From: an uncultured Candidatus Saccharibacteria bacterium
Lineage (GTDB): Bacteria; Patescibacteriota; Minisyncoccia; Phycocordibacterales; UBA5272
Assembly (NCBI GenBank): GCA_964464695.1
Contig: CAYXKW010000001.1
Span: 36,810-100,809, forward strand
Direction: 5' to 3'
Length of the DNA stretch: 64,000 nucleotides
Shown: piece by piece, positions 1 to 7,341 of the stretch
Layout of the letters: every line of letters starts with the position of its first letter
Position numbering within the stretch: the first letter of the stretch is position 1
Notes under the pieces: model-generated
The model's database searches: none
What the model was told of the DNA's origin: nothing
The model's input: only the letters and a program-made list of their open reading frames with translations
Program-made: the position numbers and the translations under genes

Positions 1-95
1 CTTGTTGAGAACAAGTATGGATGTATCCTCATGTAAAATAGGGATATTCATATGTAATTATGATACCACGTATATATTCATCGAAACAGAATTTT

Positions 96-782
96 TTAGA
101 GAAATTCAGGTGGCGTATCAGTTGCGAAAAAGTATGTTTCGTTAAAAAGCTTAAACATTAAGGTTTTGGCGTGAAGTGTTATACGAGGGGAATCATAGGT
201 GCTTCCATACGCCTTATCTCCAACGATAGGATTTCCAATGTGTGACATATGTGCTCTCAGTTGGTGTGTACGACCAGTTTTCGGAGTGAGTTCTACAAGG
301 CTTGTGTTTTTTTCACTATCGTATGAAATAACTTTTACTTCAGTTATTGCTTCACGCAATTCTCCTCGAGGGTTAACGGGATTAACTTGTTGTTTGTAAT
401 CCTTTTTGTTACGACCAAGTGGTGCATTGATTACAAAGGTACTTGGGGTAACATTTCCCTCAACTAATGCAATATATGTTTTTGTAAGTGTGTGGCCTCT
501 AAACTGCTCCTTAAGTTCGCTAAATGTTTTTTGATTTTTAGCAATAACCATAACACCTGAAGTATCGCGGTCTAGCTTATGAACGACACCGCCAAGCTGT
601 AGAGTTCGCTTGTCTTGAAGTGTTACAAGATTTTCAATAGTGAATATTTCGGGTATATGGTTTTGTAAAAAATCTAAGAGTGTTTCTTCTGTTGAATAGT
701 CAAAAGGATGAACAACAAGACCTGACGGCTTGTTGATAATGAGTATATTGGAGTCTTCGTAAATAATTATAATTGTGTTCAT
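96..782 (-). CDS. RluA-family pseudouridine synthase
   Basis: 228 aa. HKLDRDTSGV catalytic-Asp motif typical of RluA/RluC/RluD enzymes. ATG at 780-782. Confidence 0.85.
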   Translation of the reverse strand: MNTIIIIYEDSNILIINKPSGLVVHPFDYSTEETLLDFLQNHIPEIFTIENLVTLQDKRTLQLGGVVHKLDRDTSGVMVIAKNQKTFSELKEQFRGHTLTKTYIALVEGNVTPSTFVINAPLGRNKKDYKQQVNPVNPRGELREAITEVKVISYDSEKNTSLVELTPKTGRTHQLRAHMSHIGNPIVGDKAYGSTYDSPRITLHAKTLMFKLFNETYFFATDTPPEFL

Positions 783-783
783 A

Positions 784-1413
784 TTATATAAATTGAGCAG
801 CTTGCTTATATTTTCTCTCTAAGAATATAGTTTTATCTTTATATACTGACCGTAGTATGCATATGCTGTCTTTTTTTCCATACGTGAGAACATGCCAAGA
901 TTTGTTTTTTGGAGAGTAGATCCATCCACCCACACTATCATAATCCTTCCGAATTTCATTGGAGATCCACTCAATAAATTCATAACTTGCGGACGCAAGT
1001 CTAATGCGTACTTGTTTACGAGAGCTTTCTTTATGAGTATAAATATCAATATTGCCATCTCCGTCAATACATCCACGTAAAAAATGATAAAAATATTTTT
1101 TAGGAATAAGTAATTTACCGATTGTTTTAGATTTATTCTGAGTTAAGTTAATTGACAGTAAAAAATTATAAAAATGGGTATCTCCTATCTGGAGTACAAA
1201 ATATTTTTTATCAGGATTACTTCCGCTTCCTTTTCTTCCAATTTTCAAAGAAAGGGAGAAAAATGTTTTTAAGTCTTCTAGTAATTTAACATCTTTGGAT
1301 GTGATAACTATATGTCTAACATCTGACGATAAATTTCCATCAGTTGCAATAATCCCAATGAGATATGCTAAAGTGGGTGACCATTTTGTGGGGATATGTT
1401 TTTGTTGTTTCAT
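784..1413 (-). CDS. LAGLIDADG-family homing endonuclease, free-standing
   Basis: 209 aa with two LAGLIDADG-like motifs (LAYLIGIIATDGNL and FLRGCIDGDGNI). Its stop lies 1 nt from the rluA-like start. No flanking intron or intein context is visible. Confidence 0.8.
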   Translation of the reverse strand: MKQQKHIPTKWSPTLAYLIGIIATDGNLSSDVRHIVITSKDVKLLEDLKTFFSLSLKIGRKGSGSNPDKKYFVLQIGDTHFYNFLLSINLTQNKSKTIGKLLIPKKYFYHFLRGCIDGDGNIDIYTHKESSRKQVRIRLASASYEFIEWISNEIRKDYDSVGGWIYSPKNKSWHVLTYGKKDSICILRSVYKDKTIFLERKYKQAAQFI

Positions 1414-1553
1414 TTTAACTATTTGCTAAGGCATATAGCGTATACCAAATAGTATACTACCTTTTTATTTATTAAAAATGGTGATGTATGAAGATTGCAT
1501 AAAACACACTGGTATTTTTCCTTTTTTTGTAGTAGAATTCAATGGTTAATTAT

Positions 1554-1635
1554 GCCCAGGTGGTGAAATTGGTAGACACATCAGTCTTAGGAACTGATGC
1601 CGCAAGGCGTGAAGGTTCAAGTCCTTTCCTGGGCA
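1554..1635 (+). tRNA. tRNA-Leu (anticodon TAG)
   Basis: Manual fold: acceptor GCCCAGG/CCTGGGC; D arm GTGAAATTGGTAGACAC; anticodon stem TCAGT/ACTGA with loop CTTAGGA; long variable arm; T arm GAAGG-TTCAAGT-CCTTT; discriminator A. No encoded CCA. Confidence 0.85.
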
Positions 1636-1639
1636 CATC

Positions 1640-1861
1640 ATAATAAATACCCACTCTGTAATCAGTGTGGGTATTTATTATGATGTGAGTATTAGAAGCA
1701 AGTGACCAGCTGATTAGTAAATCACGTCGGGAGACGCTAACTTGCGTAAGGACTTGAATACGGCGATTAGTAAATCGTACCGTGAGGAGGTCGCGAAACT
1801 ACTTCTAGTGAAGCTGATTAGCAAATCACGCCGAGAGGCGCTAGGAGTTTCGTGACAAAAT
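1640..1861. mobile_element. tRNA-Leu-associated mini-element (about 220 bp) with hairpin, three GCTGATTAGTAAATCACG motifs and a conserved tail
   Basis: Perfect 14-bp-stem hairpin at 1641-1680. Motif copies at 1709-1737, 1763-1794 and 1813-1841. Tail GGAGTTTCGTGACAAAAT at 1844-1861. Bounded by a 19-bp direct repeat of the tRNA 3' end (1621-1639 = 1862-1880). No ORF inside. Confidence 0.55.
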
Positions 1862-1880
1862 GTCCTTTCCTGGGCACATC
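1862..1880 (+). repeat. Direct repeat: second copy of tRNA-Leu 3' end (gtcctttcctgggcacatc)
   Basis: Exact 19/19 match to 1621-1639 (T-stem 3' half, acceptor 3' strand, discriminator, 4 nt). att-site-like duplication. Confidence 0.85.
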
Positions 1881-1884
1881 TACA

Positions 1885-1917
1885 AAAAAAGTGAAGTCAT
1901 ACGACTTCACTTTTTTA
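1885..1917. terminator. Bidirectional rho-independent terminator
   Basis: aaaaaaa-GTGAAGTC-atac-GACTTCAC-tttttt: perfect 8-bp stem flanked by A-tract and T-tract. Sits between the tRNA element and the convergent minus-strand gene. Confidence 0.6.
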
Positions 1918-1993
1918 TTTTATTAAATATAAAAAATAAAAACCCCGAAACGATTGAACGTTTGACGGGGTTCGAGTGCGGCGTGTGCCGTAC

Positions 1994-3010
1994 TTATGTT
2001 GCTTGCTGAGAAGAAGATTTCTTCTTCAGTTGACCGACGGTGTTGTATCCACCCTTGGTTACTGCATAGACAGTCAGGACGTCACTTCCTTTCGGCAGGA
2101 CGCCAACCCAGGTACCGGAATTGAGGCCGGCAGTCTGCAGTTGCTTGATGGCCGAGGTATCCTCGAACACCAAGATCTGACGTGTCTCGTTGCGCAGCGT
2201 GACGTTGCGCTGGTCGAGGGCCTCCGGCATGTCATGCGACGACTCCTTTTGCTTCGGAGTTGATGCCGACACTGGAGTTGAGTTCACCTTCTTCACCTTC
2301 GAGTTTTTCTTCCCGACGATGAAGGCTTCAATAGGTTGTCCTTCACCATTTGTCATGATGACGTACTTGCCATGTGGCAAGCACAACCACTCCGCCTCGG
2401 TGGTAACAGGGATGCCAAAGAAATGTTTTCCTTCGGCGCTCCAAGCCTCCACCGTTTTGCGAGCAAGAACACTTTCCATGAACAAGGTCCGACGCAAACG
2501 AGTTTCGTCGTTTGCTTTCTCAATTTCGGTTTGTTGCATCATTGCAGCTTCGCGAGCTGCCTGGGACCGCTTGCGAAGGATTTCTCCTTCTTCTGGCGAA
2601 TACCAATAGTCCAACTCGAGGCCGGCTGCGACCGCGATCTTGATGTCGAGCAGGACTTCGAGGGAAGATGCACCGGCAGTAATGAACTTGCCCGCAAACT
2701 TGACCGTAACCGAGTGAGCAAAGTCGTTCACCCGCATGACGGAGAAGACAACGTCATTGTCCTGGATGGTGATGACGAATTCGTCATCAAACACGATAAG
2801 ATCAGCAAACTGACCTGGCTTGGTGCCAGCAGTCTGGTAACTCCACGCAAGTTCACCCCACTTCAGAACCTTCGCAGGCCGGAAGCCGTTGGTGCCATCA
2901 CGATTGCCCGTGTACTTGCCGCTGCGGAACATTTCGATAACAATTCCGTCGACAGCCTTCACTTCGCAGACTTCACCAGCGGGAACGTTGCGATGATTTG
3001 TGGTTTCCAT
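1994..3010 (-). CDS. Hypothetical protein, GC-rich (about 55%), likely horizontally acquired
   Basis: 338-aa ORF spanning the whole GC-rich block 1976-3055. No recognisable motif. Composition contrasts sharply with about 35% GC flanks. Long ORFs on the opposite strand are shadows expected in GC-rich DNA. Confidence 0.55.
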   Translation of the reverse strand: METTNHRNVPAGEVCEVKAVDGIVIEMFRSGKYTGNRDGTNGFRPAKVLKWGELAWSYQTAGTKPGQFADLIVFDDEFVITIQDNDVVFSVMRVNDFAHSVTVKFAGKFITAGASSLEVLLDIKIAVAAGLELDYWYSPEEGEILRKRSQAAREAAMMQQTEIEKANDETRLRRTLFMESVLARKTVEAWSAEGKHFFGIPVTTEAEWLCLPHGKYVIMTNGEGQPIEAFIVGKKNSKVKKVNSTPVSASTPKQKESSHDMPEALDQRNVTLRNETRQILVFEDTSAIKQLQTAGLNSGTWVGVLPKGSDVLTVYAVTKGGYNTVGQLKKKSSSQQAT

Positions 3011-3265
3011 GGGGAACCTTTCCTTTCTTGGCTAAAAAGCCTTTGGTTTCAATGAACTAACATAGGAAGCAGTATGTAAACTGAATTCCATATATATAGT
3101 ATACATTAAATATTGATTTTGTCAAGTAATTTGTCTATTAAAAATCTTTGGTAACATTGTAGTTTAATGGTTTTTTAGTGTAGGTGTGTGATTGATACAG
3201 GAATTAGAAAGGGCGCCCGTAGGGCGCCCTTTCTAATTCCTCACTATCTTTACAGACTACATTTT

Positions 3266-3682
3266 TTAATTATCACTTAGTTCACTCTCTACCTGTTCCG
3301 TCGGTCTTGTGATTTTTGCTTGATAGTCTTCGTTTGCTTTCTTTTCTTTTCTAAGGAGTTCATCAACGTGAAGGCGGTTTTTTTCACCAAAATCAATTTC
3401 TACTTCGAAAAATGGAATCACTTTCACAGGAAGTCTCTTCATAACAAAGTGTCTCATTTCACTTCTCATGCGCTTTGCAAAGTTAATTGCTGCTTCTTCT
3501 TTATCTTCTGGAAGTACGGTAATAAAAATAGTACCGTTTTTCATATCTCGAGAAACCTCAGTTCGAGTAACGGTTATCATAGAAGCACCTGAGCTTTCAC
3601 GTTGAAAAAAGTCTTGGGTGATGCCAAGAACTTGTTGTTCTATTTGCAGCTGACGTTGTGATTTTGCAATATTCGCATCCAT
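3266..3682 (-). CDS. rbfA: Ribosome-binding factor A
   Basis: 138 aa. ITVTRTEVSRDMKNGTIFITV matches the RbfA KH-like core. Lies immediately downstream of infB, as in the conserved operon. Confidence 0.85.
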   Translation of the reverse strand: MDANIAKSQRQLQIEQQVLGITQDFFQRESSGASMITVTRTEVSRDMKNGTIFITVLPEDKEEAAINFAKRMRSEMRHFVMKRLPVKVIPFFEVEIDFGEKNRLHVDELLRKEKKANEDYQAKITRPTEQVESELSDN

Positions 3683-3686
3683 ATAA

Positions 3687-5204
3687 TTAGATTCTAAGTT
3701 TTTCTACTTTAATTGCTTCTACGATGTCTCCAGGAATAACTTCTAGTTTACTTTCTACCATAAGTCCGCATTCCGTTCCTTCCATAACGGTAGAGGTTTT
3801 AATTTTTTGTGACTGGAGTTCGATAATTTTTCCTTTCCCAAAAACCATTCCACGTCTAATGAGACGAACAACTGCTCCATTCTCAATCTTACCTGTTTCT
3901 ACACGACCTCCGATAACATGCTTATCTTTTTGTGAACTAAATGTTCGAAGTACTTTGAGTGTTCCTAAAATTGTTTCTTTCTCTTCAAATGGTAGACGGT
4001 CTGTTACAACAGTTTCGAACCATTCAGAAAGTTTGTAGATAATATCAAAAATCTGTGGAGTAATTTTAAATCTATCTGCTTGGTCACGTGCCTTTGCTTC
4101 CATTTTGACAGTGAATCCGAGAATAACTGTTTTTTCATCAGATGATGCAAGCATGATGTCTCCTTCTGAGATGTTTCCAATTCCTTCTGCGATTATCTTT
4201 ATCTTTATATCAAGGGTCTCAAATTTTTTGATTTCACTCTTCACAGCATCAAGCGTTCCAAGAGAATCTGCCTTAATAACTACAGGGATAACTACTTTTG
4301 CGTTTCGGTAGATACGTGGATCAAGAACTGATTTTATTTTTGCTTGGCGAGTTTCTTGTGCTAACTTTTCCATTTCTTTTTTATCAGAGGAAGAAATAAA
4401 AATCGCGCCAGACGCTGGGATTTCGTCAAATCCTGTAACCATGATTGGTTGTCCCGCGTGAGGGTTCTTGATTGGTTTTCCAATAAAGTTCTCAATAATT
4501 CTAATAGGGGAAAGTGCAGTACCGGCAAGAATAGATCCAGCTGAACTTAAAGTTCCATCCTTAAGGACGAGTGTTGCAGAGATGCCACGCTTTGCATCAA
4601 CGAAGCTTTCGAGCACGTATCCAGTTGCTTCAGTGTCTAGATTTGCTGTGAGTTCGTTCATTTCTACCATAAGTAGTAATGTCTCAAGCAAAAAATCAAT
4701 TCCAGTACCTACTTTTGCAGAAATTTCTACACATGGAATGTCTCCTCCGTAACCTTCAATGTAAATTGCATTCTCAACAAGTGAGTTTTTTGTTTTCTGG
4801 ACGTCTGCTCCTGGCTTATCTATTTTATTAATAGCAACAAGATATGGAAGTTTATGAGCTTCAATTGTTTTCCATGCTTCTAGAGTTTGCGGCTTCACAC
4901 CGTCTTCTGCTGAGACAATAAGAATTGCGATATCCGCAATCTCAACACCACGTTCACGCATTCCTTGGAATGCAGCGTGACCTGGAGTGTCTAGGAATGT
5001 GATCGGCTTAATCTTGCCGTCTGCTTGCTTATGTTCTACCTCATACGCTGAGATACGCTGAGTGATACCACCTGCTTCGCCATCGACGATATTGGATTTT
5101 CTAATGAAATCAAGGAGGGATGACTTTCCATGGTCAACGTGACCAAGCACAGCAATGATGGGCTGACGAGTTACAGTTCCTTGTGTTGTTTGGTTTTTCG
5201 GCAT
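3687..5204 (-). CDS. infB: Translation initiation factor IF-2 (short form)
   Basis: G-domain AVLGHVDHGKSSLLD, DTPGHAAF and NKIDK motifs begin about 20 aa after the ATG at 5204. The ORF-track start at 5237 is a TTG inside the promoter-like TTGACA and was not used. Confidence 0.9.
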   Translation of the reverse strand: MPKNQTTQGTVTRQPIIAVLGHVDHGKSSLLDFIRKSNIVDGEAGGITQRISAYEVEHKQADGKIKPITFLDTPGHAAFQGMRERGVEIADIAILIVSAEDGVKPQTLEAWKTIEAHKLPYLVAINKIDKPGADVQKTKNSLVENAIYIEGYGGDIPCVEISAKVGTGIDFLLETLLLMVEMNELTANLDTEATGYVLESFVDAKRGISATLVLKDGTLSSAGSILAGTALSPIRIIENFIGKPIKNPHAGQPIMVTGFDEIPASGAIFISSSDKKEMEKLAQETRQAKIKSVLDPRIYRNAKVVIPVVIKADSLGTLDAVKSEIKKFETLDIKIKIIAEGIGNISEGDIMLASSDEKTVILGFTVKMEAKARDQADRFKITPQIFDIIYKLSEWFETVVTDRLPFEEKETILGTLKVLRTFSSQKDKHVIGGRVETGKIENGAVVRLIRRGMVFGKGKIIELQSQKIKTSTVMEGTECGLMVESKLEVIPGDIVEAIKVEKLRI

Positions 5205-5217
5205 AATGATAAAGGCA

Positions 5218-5226
5218 ATTATACCA
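5218..5226 (-). promoter_or_regulatory. Extended -10 element (TGGTATAAT) upstream of infB
   Basis: Minus-strand ttgacattctgTGGTATAAT. The -35-like hexamer is only 8 bp away, so only the extended -10 is credible. Implies a very short leader. Confidence 0.35.
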
Positions 5227-5338
5227 CAGAATGTCAATAATTAACAGCTCTTAGCAGTTGGCTATTAGCGATTAGCTTATTTAAAATAATATTATTTTTG
5301 TGTCTATTAAATAAAAGTAAATAAAAGGTAAACTTTTT

Positions 5339-5394
5339 CTAAAGGCTAAAGGCTAAAGGCTAAAGGCTAAAGGCTAAAGGCTAAAGGCTAAAGG
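5339..5394. repeat. Perfect heptanucleotide tandem repeat (CTAAAGG) x8
   Basis: Read directly: ctaaagg repeated 8 times. A further GCTAAAGGCTA copy is at about 5488-5500. Intergenic, upstream of infB-rbfA. Confidence 0.95.
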
Positions 5395-5491
5395 TCCCTG
5401 CGACTGCTGGCTCCGCCTCCTACGTCTGCTGACTCCGGAAACCTTCGTCGCTCTTCGCTCCTTGGCATCTTCGCGGCCGAGCCGTCTCGAG

Positions 5492-5980
5492 CTAAAGGCT
5501 ACTCTTATGTTCTGCTCGAGCATCATCTAGCACCGCAAGTTCTTCCTCGGTGAGATCGTACGTACTTTCGTAGTTCTCGATTGGTTTTGCAAAGGTGCTC
5601 ATTCTATCTCGTGAGTGAAGTGATGATACGACGACGCCGTTTCCTTTTTCATTAACGAGAGCGATAGAGAAGCTTTGGTTGGAGCCACTCGCGTCGAAAG
5701 CTTTATATCGCATTGTCTGAGCATTACGAACAGCATGTGATATTTTTTCATCAAGAATCGCAGCGTGCGCGGTTATGAGTTCGTTTCTTTTTTCGATGCC
5801 TTCAGCACTCGCGATGCATGCTCGTATGACATCTTCAAGAGATGCGCCATTTTTCCCACGAGTAAGAACTACAATTTTATGATCTAAATATAATGCGTAG
5901 CAGACAACAATAAAGAGCGCTAACGCAAGAAAAAAAGTAGGAGTGTAGGAGAAGTTTTGAATATACGAAACTATTTGCAT
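5492..5980 (-). CDS. Hypothetical membrane-anchored protein (DUF4446-like)
   Basis: About 162 aa from ATG 5980 (MQIVSY...). N-terminal TM helix FFLALALFIVVCYALYL, then a soluble domain. The upstream part of the 225-aa ORF lies in GC-rich DNA and is probably not coding. Confidence 0.5.
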   Translation of the reverse strand: MQIVSYIQNFSYTPTFFLALALFIVVCYALYLDHKIVVLTRGKNGASLEDVIRACIASAEGIEKRNELITAHAAILDEKISHAVRNAQTMRYKAFDASGSNQSFSIALVNEKGNGVVVSSLHSRDRMSTFAKPIENYESTYDLTEEELAVLDDARAEHKSSL

Positions 5981-6596
5981 GCATAGATTGTAGCATGTGA
6001 AAAAGCAGGGGGTGTGAATAGAATATCTGGTGGAATCCTTGTATTTCAATAAAATAGAGAGAACTCTTAGTAAATACTTGACAAATTTCACAGGTATGCT
6101 ATACTGTATTGGTGGTTGCGTGCGTCGTTTTTTGCCTCGACCTTCGGGTGGGCGATTCGCATGCGCCATGTGGAGTGGGGACGGTTTCGAAATGCTGCCC
6201 CCGCGAAAATGTTGTTCATTTTTTCAACCATGTCATCAAGAAGGAGATTCACATGAATGATTCCATGCGACATGCCATTTCCGGCAAATCCGAGGCGTTC
6301 GGCAAACACGACCCGCCGGCACCAACTTTCACTGATTCGTTCGGGCTGGGTGTTTCGTTGGTGGTCAATGTCGGCGTCGACGGTGCGGCCGGCCAGGCTT
6401 AATTGCTGCTGGGCCCGCTGGTGTATCAACATTTGATGGTCTGAATTAAGATCATCCGCAAAGTGGAGCGTATCCTGGTCCTGAGTTAGTTCTTAATTGA
6501 ATTAATTCGGGGCTTTTTTATTTATACCTTATAGTTAGTGTTTATAATTTTAATAAAATATTTCTCTACTGTCTTAATTTCTCTGCTACTTCAGAT

Positions 6597-6636
6597 ACCT
6601 AGGTCTGGCCTGTGTATACACAGGTCAGACCTAGGT
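6597..6636. repeat. 40-bp near-perfect palindrome centred on GTATAC
   Basis: acctaggtctggcctgt-gtatac-acaggtcagacctaggt; arms are reverse complements with one mismatch. Intergenic. Possible operator or terminator hairpin. Confidence 0.7.
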
Positions 6637-6777
6637 AGTAGTATTATTCTTAAATAATTGGTGCTAGAATTATAAACGTGGAGATGTCTTCACACTTGGA
6701 GCAAGAACAACATTCATGCTACGAGGTATGTGTGTTCTTTTGTTTCAAAACTTTGTCAGCTTTTATGGAGAAAGACC

Positions 6778-7203
6778 ATGAAGAAAACACTGAGGGCGAT
6801 TGTCCTTCTTGCAGTAGCAGGCGCGGCGTTCTTGATTGGCTCAGCACAGGCAGCGGCACCGCCGGATCCGATGATGAAGACATTCTTGGTTGTGCCGACG
6901 CCTCAAGATGGGGCAACGGTGCTTACGGCCAAGGCGTCCCAAAGCGTTCCGGGCGTGGAACAAGCTGATGTCGCTGTTTTTACCAAGATGGACGGTGCCA
7001 CACTTTCGGGCGGCATGTTGGCTCCCCAAAGCGATCACGCGGGCCTCTGGCAGAAATCGGGCGTGGACAGTTGGGGTTTCGGCTCAGGTAGCATCAGTAG
7101 CTACATGGTCAGTCTGGGCGCTGGTGGAAGTTCGTGTATCACGAGTTGTCGAATGCAGGGCGGCACGTTGATGCCCTCGATTGATTTCATCAAGAAAATC
7201 TGA
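6778..7203 (+). CDS. Secreted hypothetical protein, GC-rich (about 60%)
   Basis: MKKTLRAIVLLAVAGAAFLIGSAQA signal peptide, then a Gly/Ser-rich 115-aa domain. Codon usage is GC-biased, unlike neighbours. Followed by inverted repeat cacttgtta...taacaagtg at about 7262-7302. Confidence 0.55.
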   Translation: MKKTLRAIVLLAVAGAAFLIGSAQAAAPPDPMMKTFLVVPTPQDGATVLTAKASQSVPGVEQADVAVFTKMDGATLSGGMLAPQSDHAGLWQKSGVDSWGFGSGSISSYMVSLGAGGSSCITSCRMQGGTLMPSIDFIKKI

Positions 7204-7341
7204 CGTAGGCGCCGGCCAGCTGATCGGATGAGAGTTTGGTCTCGCGATTAACGTAATCGCACGCACTTGTTATATGTTCGATTTTCGAACCGCTGTAACA
7301 AGTGCTTTTATTTTGTATGATAGAGTACTACAATAGATACT

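Noticed and set aside
2190-3055. Plus-strand ORFs (139 and 239 aa) overlapping the minus-strand 338-aa GC-rich gene
   Set aside because: GC-rich DNA produces long spurious ORFs on both strands. The minus-strand ORF is longest and spans the whole island, so it was preferred. Strand assignment remains uncertain.
1640-3055. Intact prophage or integrative conjugative element at tRNA-Leu
   Set aside because: No integrase, excisionase or phage structural genes. Only an att-like duplication plus a single GC-rich gene, so it was described as a mini-element or footprint instead.
5205-5237. N-terminal extension of infB in the ORF track (MTFCGIIAFII...)
   Set aside because: The M is a TTG that coincides with the TTGACA of a promoter-like sequence. 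The ATG at 5204 just before the G-domain is the credible start.
5339-5394. CRISPR array
   Set aside because: Tandem heptamers with no spacers. The 21-bp array at 26415-26685 is coding. No CRISPR-like repeat-spacer architecture anywhere in the window.
6030-6432. Three overlapping ORFs (76-114 aa) inside the 6100-6480 GC-rich stretch
   Set aside because: Mutually overlapping, no motifs, typical of non-coding GC-rich sequence. Treated as non-coding or pseudogenic.
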